The notes under the pieces: model-generated
Seen by the model: only the letters and a program-made list of their open reading frames with translations
Told to the model about the DNA's origin: nothing
Databases searched by the model: none
Shown here: piece after piece, positions 25,446-38,802 of the stretch
Layout: every line of letters starts with the position of its first letter
Position numbering within the stretch: the stretch's first letter is position 1
Source of the DNA: Botryllus schlosseri
Lineage: Eukaryota
Assembly: GCA_051294905.1 (NCBI GenBank)
Contig: CM119372.1
Coordinates: 26,846,001 to 26,910,000 of the forward strand
Direction of reading: 5' to 3'
Length of the DNA stretch: 64,000 nt
Translations under genes and position numbers: made by a program

Positions 25446-26333
25446 TCATGGACTATGACATCAGACTTTCAGCACGTAGCGTCAGTGATCTCTAGCACTG
25501 ACGACTGTAGATTACGATTGAGCAATTTCGTTTAGTACCTGGTGGCAATTTTAAATGTACAATTCGTTTCATGATTTTTGTTGCATTCTCTTCACAACAT
25601 TTTGTTGCGAATGTGTTTTGATAAATTGGTTTCGATCGCATGCTTCGAACTATTTCATTTCTTGGTGTGATTTAGCAGGTTGACATTGGTAGAATCGAAC
25701 GATTTTTTGGCCGCTTTCAGCATTGGCTGGAGGATGCACCCATGGCTCACCATGGGGCGTAGCCTTATTGCTCGAGGTCCGAATTACTTAACAGTGAACA
25801 AGTTGGCGTATGGCTTAAAACAAATGGAAGTTAGCAATTATCAAGTTACCAAGATTATCACGAATCAAGATTCAATGTGATCTGCTGTAGGGTTTTTAAG
25901 AGAAACATGAATTTGGAGCGAAGTTTATACGGTAACTCCTTACAATTTGACGCGGCTATAACATGGCGAGAGTCTGAGATCGGTTTAGAGACATGTTAAA
26001 GTGGTCTTTATTCGGTAATATTGGATCAAAAAGTGTACAGTGCCTTAGTGGAAAAATTGCCTCATACCTGCTAGTAGACTGTATGGTCCATGAGACGTTA
26101 TACTTCCGAGGGATATAAGGGCTGCTTATATTAAACCGAATATATTTATTACCTAATTAGAACTTGGATCTGCTATCGCGACAGAGTAGCCACGGCTGGC
26201 CAACGAATGTCATAGTGATTTGGATACTAGCCGTAAAAAACTGGTGATCTAATCTGCAGCATGGCCAACTGTAGCTTCTTATAAAGACACATGTTCCGTA
26301 TTTTCACAGCAGTTTTCAAACGCAAATATGTGC

Positions 26334-26608
26334 GTGGTGAAATGGCGTGGTCATTGGTATAATCCACAGCTGCAACACCAATGGGTTGTTGGTTCGAGTC
26401 CGGCTGAGGACGACACGAGAATTCCTACCCAAGTGTTGGAGGTTTATCTAGGCTCGTCGTCATCCTGTGATCCGCGTAAGCGGTGATTTATAAAAGCCTA
26501 GGAGTGGGCTGTGCTAAAAGTCGGTGAATACGGAATCAAAAAATGAATATAGGCATACTCTAAAACTACGAAATTAGTCAAAACACCATGAATAAAAAAC
26601 AAACAAAC
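26334..26608 (+). mobile_element. tRNA-derived SINE family 1, full length (~275 bp)
   Basis: A-box-like tggcgtggtcattgg (26343), B-box ggttcgagtcc (26391), body ggaggtttatctaggc...aagcggtg...aaaagcctag, tail caccatgaata...(caaa)n. Confidence 0.85.
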
Positions 26609-27126
26609 GGCGAATTATATATCGCGATCATCGATATCGTACAAGGATGACGTCGTGGATTTCAAATAGTGACGTCAAAAGTGATTGTCATTGGTAAATG
26701 ACTCTTTTGACGAAACTGGTTCCCGAACCTTGTCATATAATACGACGTCAATGTCCACCTTAGTTCAGTAACAGCAATGGTCATGGTCTGGTAATTCAAA
26801 ATGGCGAATTGTCTCCCTAAGTAACAAATGTCCACTAAAGTGGTCTATTAGATATTGAAAAAGTTGGGAAAAATTAGGGCGACCGCAGTTGGAGGACATT
26901 TCGTGTATATTCTAAACGCTGCGATATAAACCGCAAATCACCAGTGACAAAGCGCGGAATCGATATTCCAAAACCAATCGAGTTATTTTGAGACGCCTAG
27001 CTTGTCTCCTTCTGTTGGCGATAACTGTCGCCCAACTGCTTCAAAACAGGACTGTCCACCAAAGTAGTCTAATAGGTAAATATATATATATATATATATA
27101 TATAAATGTATGTATGGCACGTATAG

Positions 27127-27585
27127 CAGGATTGTAACCAAGTCCCAAGGTTCCGAGTCACAAGTCAATCTCATTTTATTAGTTTTGATTCGAGTCTAGT
27201 CGAGTCATATTCAATTCACCACCGTGTCCAGTCCGAGTCCAATTCAACTACATGTAGTTGAGGGTCGAGTCCGAGTCATAGTATTTTGACTCGAGTCCGA
27301 GACCAAGTCATTATGTTCACGTTTCAGTTTTCAGTTCAATCCGGTTCAACCCACTTTTATTAACTCTGCTCGAGTGATAAAGAATAGCTCGCATTCATAA
27401 TTTAGTAATTTTCCTCAGTTTTAACATTTTCTCGCCCTATTTTCCAAGTATCAGGACTGATAGACGAAATACCAATAATGTGGTAACTTTATTATTCTTC
27501 GAAGTTACAATGAACTGTCTGTCTGTCTTGGCCGTCCTTGTCTCGAGTCCTGTGACTTAACTCGAGTCATGTACAATGACTCGCT
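27127..27585. mobile_element. GAGTC/GACTC-rich hAT-type MITE, 3'-truncated (family of 49717-50255)
   Basis: Starts caggattgtaaccaagtc and is colinear with the 49717 copy. Confidence 0.8.
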
Positions 27586-29325
27586 GAAGTTGTGCGCACA
27601 CTGTTGGTGACACGCCGTGTTGCACCATTCTGACAATGTTGTCAACATCACAATATTTTATCATGCGCTTTTTGATAACAAAACCAGTGCCGACGCAGTG
27701 TTGCTTCAGTTAGAATATTGCAGTACATTCATCATAACATCATGTCAAGTCAACTTACCTGTTTCATTTGACCTTTTATGATTCACAATGAGCAGAAAAT
27801 GTGTTGTCTACAACGGTAGGCCTATAAAGTAGGCTACAAGCTGTAAAATGTCAAATGATTAGTCTACCGACCGTGCAAACATCTACGATACAAACGAATT
27901 GCAACAGTAAACAATTTGACAATTTTCTGACCTAACGCTACAATTTTGACAAAATTTTTACTTTTAACTTTTAAAAATCACCCTAGTTATCATAAATACT
28001 AAGCTACTTACGATGAATAGTGATATCACGGGTGTGGCTGGGCCCGTATGTGCCTCACATGTGCCTTACATCTCCTTTCGCGTTTCATTCTCGAAAAAAA
28101 AATATGCATATTGCGTGATTTGGGGAAGATAAATGTTCAAAACCTAGTCGTTCGTGATCATCGATTGAAAATAACAAACCATTGAAGGTTTCACAAATTT
28201 CCCTCACTCATCATCACTTGCCTCCCTTGAACCAACATCACTGACGAATCACACCCCACAGTGGGAATGTAGCCTACTGATGTAGTGATGCTGTTTGGCT
28301 CGACCTACGCACGTAAGCAGTCTTCTCGCATTTAAAAAGCATCAAGACGAACATACGATTTCGTTCAACTGACGAAAGTCTCAAATTTTGTAAGAAGCTT
28401 ATAGACTGACTAATCAGACTATAAAGCCATCAGTAAAACTTTGCAGCACTGAAAGCCGCATTAACTCTAAAAAGCGTGTAAATATTAGATTCACGCTTTT
28501 ACTGTTGTCTACATCTGTTGGAACTCTAAATATTAATTGTCTTAAGCTTCAAAAATATCATATGGCTGTCACTGAAATACAATTAAAAAGATGTAACATG
28601 TAAATGATCCATGTAACTCAAGTTTTGTATGTTCAAATAAAGCAACCAGCATGGATAGTAGGAGTTTTCACAACAAAAATATGGCGCACACGACGAATCC
28701 CATGTCGTGACTTCAAATTAGTGCTATCATGACGTCTGAATGTTCAATTGTGACGTAACAGTTAATTCACATGTATGGCTATTTTGCAGTTACAATGGAA
28801 AATATACGGCCAATACGACTCTTCCAACGACCCCTGCTGTAGTGGAAGATAAGCTATTACGTCACATTGCATAACGCTGAATTTATTTTTATTTGACCAG
28901 GACATGATCAATAGCCTACTTATCAGGACTATGCCCAAGGCTACACTGCTCAATTGCTCTGATATCACATCAATCGTGGTTAAATTCTGAAATATGTTAC
29001 CAAATTGTGGCAGGTCAAACGTCCGCAAAATTATAACGCCACAGCTTTTACGATGTCATGATGCATTGGTACTCTAGCATGGTGTCTATATCTCATTATT
29101 TTGACAAATTATGCTTATCTTCTGCCAAGTACAACAAACAACTCATTCACATATTTAGAAATGTGATTTTGTCATGCCAGTGGTAAATACTCCAGTAAAT
29201 CACATATTTACGATGTGTGTTGACGGGCCTATTTGGAAAGACGTTGAATAGCCCTAATATTGATGCTGCGGCCCCTATGGAAAGTATGAAATTTGATCTA
29301 CATGAAATCTATATGAAATCTACAT

Positions 29326-30807
29326 CAGGGGTCGCCAACTCAACATGGGTCGCGGGCCACTTTTTAAAATTCGCATGACGTCGATATCGAGACAAAAATA
29401 GGCAACGCATATTAACAACCACGTTTCTATAACTCTACATCAGTATAACGCTGTGCTCTCTAACATGTACGACGGGCATAGGTATTACAACAAAAGAAAT
29501 AATATTTTTTCGAAGAAATACAAATACGACAAAAAATATTTCACGATCATCAATTCCATTCCAACATGAACTATGAGCTGAGCACGATACGTGACAACAC
29601 AATTAGGCAACTAAAACAGGGGTGACCAAACTTTTTGCCATTCACGCCGCATTTTGATTACTTATGTAGCCAACGGCCGCATTCCAGTGCATATAGTCGT
29701 AACGAACTAACTAACTGGAGGCCAAATACCTACGCTAAACTATCCATGTCCGTTGCCGGTGAACTCCGGATCAATATATTTACTGATATCGGTTAGTATG
29801 CACACCGAAATCTTGAGCAGTCATGTTAAGAACAGGCACAGGGATTCAATCTGTAGTCGCGCGAAGCTTGAAATTTTTTTATATTCATGAGTGAATCTCA
29901 TCAATAATATTAGTATGGTTTCACATATTACTATCATATATTAATCCTTTCGCAGCCCCTGTGATCAGCTTCACCGGTAGAGCTGATGCTCGGGGTGTCT
30001 TTGAAAAGTTAGGGAAGTTATTATTGCAGTGCTGCATCTTTGGGAGGGGCAATTGGTTTTGCCTTTATTGCATGCTCTTAGGTCTTGACCTCCCATCAGG
30101 ATTATCGGTATAGTGAAAAGACCTTGGATTCGCCCAATCGTAGGCCTAGCAGAAACAAATTTCTTTCGTGGTGAGGATAACACGATTACAAACTGGTATT
30201 TTTATTACGGGGCACTTCATTTCGCTCTGCTGTTCACATCAGTACTATGGTGCTCAAATACTAAAATCGAAAACCAATTGACATTGAACCTTGCGTAGCG
30301 CGATGAAAATTTCAAGAATAATTCAAACCTCTAATTAATTAGAAGTCAATTCGTATATTCAATTTGCATATTGACGGCCGCCAACACATCCTAATTGAAT
30401 TACGTGTCGGCGGCCGCATAATTTTCCTTCTATTGCCGCAGATTGGTAGCGCCCAAGTCAAAATCTCAATTTTCAGTCACGAATCATCAACGCGTCATAT
30501 GTTTTACCATCATTAACTGGTAATGCAACGTAATGGCTGATCTTTCACGGCAAGGTAACTTATGAAAATGATGTGATAATAAGTCTGATGAGTAGTTTCA
30601 GGTTTTTGGAGTAGTTTTAGACCGAATTTAAAGTTCTCAAATAATCACAAGAGATATGTGACACAAATCCGAAATACCGATGCGTTTCGATGAGTAGTTT
30701 CATGTTTTTGGAGTAGTTTTAGAGCAAACTTTATGTTCTCAAATAGAAAAGGAGATATGTGACACAAATCCAAAATGATCTCGCGGGCCGCGTGCTTGAA
30801 ACCCCTG
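29326..30807. mobile_element. hAT-type MITE with a nested MITE (29617-~30450) and an internal 102-bp tandem duplication (30589/30691)
   Basis: Ends caggggtcgccaac / gcttgaaacccctg. Flanks atctacat/atctatga share only 5/8, so pairing of the two ends is tentative. Confidence 0.55.
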
Positions 30808-30935
30808 ATCTATGATGTTTAATGAGTTGATGCGTACTACACCTGCAGATACATATTTTTGATGAATTGGACAGCCGTGATACGTTCCTTTCCAATTTAA
30901 ACAAATCGTACTCGGTGTACATTATTATCTTCCAG

Positions 30936-32375
30936 AAAATATTTCGTCACTGATTGAATCAATAAACAAAAACACAATACAAAAGACAAAGGACAGAATT
31001 CTTCAGGACTTTTGTGCTGAGGAGCTGAGTCAACCGGATTTCGAAGTGAACCCGCAGATGAGAAGAGTGAAAGGGTCGGAATATTTCAAAGGCAAATATG
31101 AACAGGTGCAGGACATGGTAGTCAAAACGAAGACTGGATGGTTTTGGAAACAAAAGAAGCAGGTCGTAAAAAATCAATTTCGAAAAGAGTTTGGATTTTT
31201 CCGCCAACAACTTTAAGATCGCAATTTCATTACACTCGATGAGATTTTGCAACCGGACATACGTGATAATTCTGTGACCGTTATCGTTGCTTCTGCCGGA
31301 TCGGGAAAAACTACTCTCATGCGTAGAATGGCAAGACGTTCACTTGAAGATTCATTTGCAAATCAAGCAACCACTTCAGCCTCTCTACAGTCCATATATA
31401 AATTCGTACATTACGTCGAAGTAAAGGATATACAATGTTCGGAATCAATTAAACCATCCAAATTTCTCTTCGGTGGATTGCTCCAAAACGAAATCGACGA
31501 GGAGCATTTGTATCAATGGATGCTCAAAAATCAATCTGAGGCAATTATATTTTTCGATGGTTTGGATCAGGCTACATGGGAAATCAGTAAAAATACCAAC
31601 AGGAAGATAAATCCTTTTTCTTCGGCCGACGCAGCAACGATCATGGGCAATATCCTCTCACGCAATATTCTTCCAGGTACAAAAATCGTCATCTCTTCTC
31701 GCGAATTTCAAATCTCCGATTTACCTGCGGAAACGTGACCTGACGACATCATCAGGCTTTTGGGATTGACCCTAAATGACGCACAAAAGCTTTTTGTGTT
31801 TCTGATAGGCAAGGAAGGGGTAAATGCATGGGAGAGGATAGAAAGCATGTCACCAAGGCTGCTCAATTTAGTCTCCATCCCTGTATTTCTGGTCCTAACT
31901 GCAGTGATAATGTCCAAGGATCCGACCAAACCTCCTCCGAATACAGTAACCGAGCTCTACAAAAGAATCATTTCCACTCTCAGTGATGTGAAAAACATTA
32001 TAAATGCCGATGATATCGTTATAATTATCAAGAAATTGCAAGCGATGGCATATCGCGGTATGGAGGAAGGGAGAGTTGTGTTTTATGAGAAGGATTTACA
32101 AGTGTTTGGGATCTCAAAAGAAGAAGTTCGTGACCTCATGATGAAGGTTCCCGGAAATAAGCTCCTCAGTCGCAATCTCGTAGAAGGCGATTTTATTTTC
32201 TTTTTCTGTCATCAAAGTTTACAGGAATTCCTTGCGGCGGTGTTTGTAGCTGAAATGGCGATAATAAAGTTTATGATCTTCAACAATAAACACCTTCACA
32301 AAGAGCGATGGTCGGTCGTCCGCAGATTCGTGTGCGGCATCATTTATGACAACTCGCCAAATCAACTGCATGAAG
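30936..32375 (+). pseudogene. NLR-type NACHT domain exon (NACHT + helical domains) with two in-frame nonsense codons
   Basis: Acceptor atcttccag|, donor gaag|gtcagt, 1440 bp, phase 1-1. Walker A ASAGSGKTT, Walker B IIFFDGLDQ, IVISSR, IPVFL, FFFCHQSLQEFLAA, RWSVVRRFVCG. One frame throughout, interrupted by TAA 31214-31216 and TGA 31736-31738. Confidence 0.92.
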
Positions 32376-33535
32376 GTCAGTCTCCTCGGAGAATACATAT
32401 TTCGATAATGTGGCCTGCTTTATTAGAAGTGTAGTCTTATTTTCGGTATTTTCAACACTTTAAAATTCATCGAACAGAGATGTACAAACTATTTCTGTCG
32501 GGACGTATTATTCTCGATGCAGTCGCTTGAATAACTCTGGAATTATCACATCCATGTCCAAGATACGTGTAAAGATAAACCAAACTCTTAGCGAAATGAG
32601 TGTGTATCTCCACCCGTTAACCCCCTCTGATATACGGGTGTGGATATACACTCATGACACACGAGACCAGAACCTACCTCAGACATACACCGCGGTATAA
32701 ATCGAGTACAACATTTTAATCCAAATTAGGCATGAATACAAAAAAGGAGCAAGGTAATACCTTCAGGGTATGCACTAGGGTTGTCCATAATTTGGAAATT
32801 CTCAAAAATGATGCGTATCCATGTCTCATTCTATAGATTATTGATAAAAAAAACGTCAATGAGCCTGCAATGAGCTCACATGAAAGTCGTTAAGATTTGT
32901 CTAAATGCATTTGAAAGTAGCTGCTGTAGAGTGGGCGTGCCAGTGACCGTAGAACGGCGAGAAGAGTAGTAATCACGAAATCACGGCTCTTGATTGGTTA
33001 ATCAGCTATGCTTGAATGATCACGACCGCAGAGGCTTACTAATTATGTACGTGCTTCTACTCATTAAAGAAGTATACTAACGGCTATGATTCTGTGAGCG
33101 CATTGTAGGTTGGTGATTTACCAATAAAATGTGACACCAGGTCATTGAATGTTTTAGTTTTAAAAGTATAGGGCACGATATGTTCAGAGCAACGATAGCC
33201 TGTTGCAGACATGGCAGAGGGGAAATAGTGAATGAATGTGATCTTGTACAACTAAGTATAAATCCGAGAAATATCTATTCTGATATGCTTGCGATTACGC
33301 CCAGTCCTCCTGCTTTTATGGGTGCAGGTAAAATATTAGTCATCGCCAAACTGGTGCAGCACACCATGTGTGATGTATGCTGCACACAATCCTGTATGCT
33401 CAGAAGATGATATGTGGACCGACCAGGCAGCTTAGGCTACATGAGAAATATGAAAAAGTGTAACTGCCGCATCGCTTCAATACAACATTAGACCCATGTC
33501 TGCTTTCATTCAAGCATTACTCGTGATGCAGCCAG

Positions 33536-35482
33536 CAGGGCTGTGGAGTCGGTAAATTTTACCACCGACTCCAACTCCGACTGCGACTCCAGACATTTTC
33601 AATGGACCGACTCCGACTCCGACTCCGACTCCTGAGTCTGTAAACCTACCGTATCCGAGTCCAACCCCGACTCCAACAGTATTACCAATTTACTTCGAAA
33701 ATTATATGTCACAGTGACGGTTAAATGACTATCATATAACCATTAAACATATGCAAACATATGATTAATGATGGCATGCAAAATTGTTTCATTGTGGCAC
33801 AACTCGAATTATTCACTATGCATGAAAGATTGTGTTTCTAAATATTCACCCTTTTTTCATATTTAATTAGTTTTTATAACATTGACTCTCTAATAACCTA
33901 ATATGTATGAATCATTCAAATACGACATAGCCTATATCCCATCATGTATACTTAAAATGTAGATAAAACAATCGAAGTGTTGCTCTTGTGTATGAGTCAG
34001 CAACTATTAGAGAGATGCATCTTACTAATTTTCTCATTACCAGCACACACTCTCGCACACTGCTAATAGACATCGGTCATAAACGAAATTTAGGAAGTAG
34101 TCAAATAGCATATGTCTAGTCTACATGCACTGAGTCAAGTATTCAAGGACTAGGACTTGCAGTCTTTCTTAATCATTTTTTCGACCCAAGCAGCTAAGCT
34201 ACCTTACAAATATTTTTTCATTTGGTCAAGTGGGAAGGAGCGTTTGATTATATTTACATCAATTTTACAACCAGGCGATATATTTGCTCTGTCACAATAT
34301 CATGGTATAATTCCAAACATTGAATCAATTTGTGACTGCATCGCAAAGATGCATATTGTCCCTTTCGTCCTCTATGCAACTGATTAGTAATTTGCAAATA
34401 TTGTCCAATTCTATGTCAGGGGTTGTGCGGGCAACCTAAATGTTGATTGCCTTTTCTTTACTCGTCCGATAGGAACGAACCGGAATAGGTAACATTGATA
34501 ACAAGACTTATTTGACTACGCTTTAAAATTGATAACAATTATGTCATGAAAACTTCGTGTGCAACTGTACAGTGTGCACTGCAGTCATGCCCCGGTCGCG
34601 CGAAGCACGTAACTTTTTCAAAGGTAATGAATGAATTCGATCAATAAATATATTACTTGCATATATTGAGAGTGGCCTCTGTATAGCAATGGGCTCATTT
34701 GGCAAGGACAGGATTATTTAGACATAGCAATATCGAAGGTGTCGGTAAACATGCCTCTATAATTTTGTGCAAATGTTTCATCGCCGGCGATCTCGCTTTG
34801 AGCGCGCAAGCCAAGTCGCATGTTGGACGACACGTTATCTCCTAATTGCGAGTATAGTTGGACTCAATTCTGTAAATTACGCGTATTAATAATTTCCAGG
34901 AGGGGTTCCAATAATAAATGCAAGATATGTGACAATAAATCATTCGAAGTGCTCAGAAAAATTTCAAGTCAAATAAATCTGTTACGGAATATTCTACTTT
35001 TGGTCATATACGAAGATCTGCGATAAATGTGGCTGGCCCCTGGTTACGCCAATGCGTCGAAACTGATGTCTTAGCCATCATCAAATTTTTGCGGTCAGGC
35101 TAATCAAATTTTGGTGGCCTTGCAATTTTACCTGATGTTATATATAATTTCGAGAATTACCTCGCAGGCCACACAAAGCCTTCTCGCGGGGCACATTTGC
35201 CCTAATCGTTATCCTTACTAATAACAGTGATTGATGGTACATAAAAATCCTAATATGGTTATTTTTAGTAATTTAAAGATGCTTTTGAAAGCAATTGTTT
35301 TCATGATAAAGAAGTTGGAGTCGGAGTCGAAGTCAGGGTCATTTTCACAAACTCCGACTCCGACTCCAGTCAGTATTTTTACCACGACTGCGACTCCAGC
35401 CACTACAGTTTTCACGACTCCGACTCCATCAAGCGAAAATTAGCCAAAGTCCGACTCCACCGACTCCGACTCCACAGCCCTG
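33536..35482. mobile_element. hAT-type element with (GACTCC)n subterminal repeats (1947 bp)
   Basis: TIR cagggctgtggagtcgg / ccgactccacagccctg. agccag directly repeated on both flanks. Confidence 0.88.
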
Positions 35483-36309
35483 AGCCAGTAACGACCTATG
35501 ATTCATTTGTGACATGCTAAGCTATAAAAGCAAACTGTAATTTTGCTGATCCTACCAGCATAGTCTGTGCTTACCTTTCGATCTCTTTCTGCCGTACGAT
35601 TGAGGATTTGACATCACTTATTGGGTAGATTCATTATTCAGTAAGAGTCTGACTAGTGCCACGTATAAACGGCTGATTCAGCCCATTCTTAGAGCATTCA
35701 ATACTTCAATTAGGCCTATATACCACGACAAGAGCCTAATAACATCAGACCAAGTAGTGTCATTGTTAAGGTTCATATTTGTATTCGATGATGGTATATC
35801 CCTTCTGAAACTAGAAATTCGTACGCCACTTACATAAGCGCCATTGCAATATTTCTTTGCGTGTTTTTGTGATTTCCTTCGATGAAAACAAGGCATGCAG
35901 ACTACAACGGTTACTTTCACAATACGCCAGTCATGTTTTAAACGTTTTTGGAAAGCAACTATACTTTAATCGTCATTTATTTCGTTACTCAACATATCCT
36001 GAAGTAATCCTAAATCATCATCTGCGGACCAACCGACAATGCGCTTACAGATTCACCGCCGTTAGCAGACTCCTTAAACAGCTGATCACCAAGCCTCAAC
36101 AGTCTTAATCATTCAAGCATATAGCCGTTTAGCCAACCAAGCGCCGTTATTTAGCGATTACTAGTCTTCACGCCGTTCTATGGTCGCTGGCACGCCCACT
36201 CTACAGCAGCTACTTTCAAACTCATTTAGACAAATCTCAACGACTTTCCTGCATGGGAGCTTATTGCAGGCTTATTGACGTTTTTTTATCAATAAGGAGA
36301 CATGGATAC

Positions 36310-37954
36310 TAGGGTTGTCCAAAATTTGGAAAATCTTACAAATCCTCCGTTGTAATGTCTTATTCTATAAATTATTGATAAAAAACGACACTGGGCCTAA
36401 AAGAAGCTCACAGGAAGGCCGTTAAGATTTCGTGCAAAGCGTTTGAAAGTAGCTGCCGAAGAATGGGCGTGTCACCGACCATAGACCGACGAGGAGACTA
36501 GTAATCACAAAACCACGGCTGTTGATTGGCTAATCGGCTATGCTCCAATGATCACGGCAGCAGCAGCTTGCTGATTAGGTGATCAAGGAGTCTGCTTCCG
36601 GCGCCGATTCTGCAAGCGCCTTGTAGGTAGGTTGGCAGATAATGATTTAAGACTAATTCAGGGCATGTTGAGGTACGAAATCCATGATGAACCAAAAACA
36701 GCTGCTCCACAAAAACGTCTCCCATGACCGCTTTATTGTGAAGGGAACCGCTGTAGTCTACATGCCTTGTTTTTTTCATCGATGGAAAGCAAAGGGGCTT
36801 ATGCAAGTGGTGAACGAGTTCCTAGTTTCAGATGCGATATATCATCATTGAATACAAATATAAAGCTTAACAATTACACTACAATTTGTGTGATCTTATT
36901 GGACCCAGGTTCTAGTATGTAGGTGAAGTTTGGGATGCTCTAGGCATCGGCTGAATCAAAAGGCTATGCTTGGCACTTATCAGACGTTTACAGCAAATTG
37001 AATTCACTTGTAAGTGTTTCAAAGTTCCTAATGATGCCGCTGAAACGAGGTGTAAATGTAAGCACAGACTATGCTTGATATGATATCCAAACTATGCTGG
37101 ATACTATGCACTATGCATCATTGTCTGTGCTTACCTTCACACCTCTTTTCTGCGCGATCATTAAGGGGTTCGACATGTTATATCCGGCACATTATGTGCT
37201 TACTACTTTTACACCTCTATTCTGTGTCATCATTAAGGACTTTGACAACACTTGCAAGTTAATACAATTTGATATGAGCATCTGATAAGTGCCAAGCATA
37301 ACCCGCTGATTCAGCCGATCCTTAATCTTTCAAAACGTCTACTATGTATTACAACCTGAGCCCAATAAGATCACACATATTATATAGTGTCATTGGTAAT
37401 CTTTGTATTTGTATTCAATGATGATATATCCTTTCTGAAACTAGGAATCCGTCGCCACTTGCATAAGCGCCTATGCTTTCCCTCGTTGAAACAAAGGCAT
37501 ATAGGCTACGGCGGTTTCCTTCACAATAAAGCGATCATGCTTTACACGTTTTTGTGAAGCAGCTGTTGTTTGTTCATCATGTATTTCGTACCTCAACATA
37601 CCCTGAATCAATCCTAAATCATTATCTCGCAACCTACACACAATGCGCTTTCAGAATCGTCGCCGGTAGCAGACTCCTTGATCACCTAATCAGCAAGCTG
37701 CTGATGCGGTGGTCATTGGAGCATAGCCGATTAGCCAATTAGGAGCTGTGGATTCGTGATTACTAGTCTTCTCGTCGGTCTATGGTCGGTGGCACGCCCA
37801 TTCTTCGGCAGCTACTTTCAAACGCTTTGCACGAAATCTTAACGGCATTCCGGTGAGCTTTTTTTGAGCCCCGTGTCGTTTTTTATCAATAATCTATAGA
37901 ATAAGACATTACAACGGAGGATTTGTAAGATTTTCCAAATTTTGGACAACCCTA
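36310..37954. mobile_element. Younger fold-back hAT-type element (1645 bp, almost wholly palindromic)
   Basis: TIR tagggttgtccaaaatttggaaaatcttacaaatcctccgttgtaatgtc; arms extend to a centre near 37100. Perfect TSD atggatac (36302-36309, 37955-37962). Confidence 0.93.
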
Positions 37955-38802
37955 ATGGATACGCATCATTTTTGAGATTTGTCATATTATGGAAAACGCT
38001 AGGATGCATGCACGTAGGATTTATGGCAGCGATATAGTACTGAGTTCGGTTCTGTTTTCGTGAACCCACCTTTTCGGCCCTTTTGGAGTGAATACACGAC
38101 CTTTTCGCAAAGAGTGCATGGTACATTCAATTTGTAGACAGGTGGTATTCATGATTTAGTATAATACGTATGCATTTTGTTTATTACAATGCCGAATATA
38201 ATAAAATATTGTGAGTTAGTGATGACTAACGGTCCACAGGCAGGAAAAAGGTTTTAGGTCGGAATTGCACGAGACTGATTCCTTGAGTATGACGACACAG
38301 TGAATAACTTCTCGCCATCTGATCCACTTAAACCGTTGTCTTGAAAAAGCCAAGAAGTGTTACAAGTAGGCAGATGCGTAATCGTAATAAAGAATATCTG
38401 AATAATGAAAATGCCCATTGTAGTCGACAAACACCGTGAATGCCACAAATAACAACAGATACAGTGGATAATTATATTATCATTTGTCAAACCCGATAAA
38501 TGAGTTGAAAATTCATTTGGCTGTCGCAGGCGAGAGCGTTATCGTGAGTGCTAAAATGTTTTCTGATATACGGAATAACAGTATTGAGCCTAGTTAGTGA
38601 TTAGATATTTGCTGTCACCTTTGATGCTTAGGAAACGTTGACATGGACTAAATTCCCACTGAATACGAGATGCAGGCCAGTATCGATACGATGGACATTC
38701 AACTAGCAATACTTCGTAAACCAATTGCTATATTCATATGTATCTATTTTTAATTCTTCTTTTATATATTACATCATGTTGTAGCATCATCTGACATATC
38801 AG

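Larger units (their letters stand above)
15252..27080 (+). mobile_element. 11.8-kb TIR-bounded element inserted in a (TA)n microsatellite, carrying a spliced zinc-finger gene (Crypton-like, inferred)
   Basis: Left end tttacctattaggctactttgg follows (TA)n at 15233-15251. Right end ccaaagtagtctaataggtaaa precedes (TA)n at 27081-27104 (21/22 inverted identity). Patchy inverted similarity extends ~80 bp (agcagttggg.gac, ggagacaa). Confidence 0.8.
32776..38001. mobile_element. Older fold-back hAT-type element (TAGGG ends) containing two later insertions
   Basis: Left end tagggttgtccataatttggaaattctcaaaaatgatgcgtatccatgtctc. Right end split as gagacatggatac[36310-37954]gcatcatttttgag...aaaacgcta. 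Flanks gtatgcac/ggatgcat, 6/8. Confidence 0.8.

Noticed and set aside
26334-26410. tRNA gene
   Set aside because: A/B boxes are present, but the sequence continues into a body and tail shared by at least five dispersed copies, so it is a SINE head.
21749-30807. Pairing the hAT 5' end at 21749 with the 3' end at 30807 as one element
   Set aside because: Flanks ccatgagc and atctatga do not match, and the pairing would cross the boundary of the (TA)n element.
31736-31738. Programmed TGA readthrough or selenocysteine in the NACHT exon
   Set aside because: A TAA in the same exon and lesions in the next exon point to pseudogenisation; the TGA is explained by CGA deamination.
35218-35443. Mucin-like TPTP or GVGV ORFs
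   Set aside because: Translation of the (GACTCC)n subterminal repeats of the 33536-35482 element.
35857-37742. Similar ORFs at 35857, 36552 and 37554 as a gene family
   Set aside because: They are translations of homologous arms of the fold-back elements.
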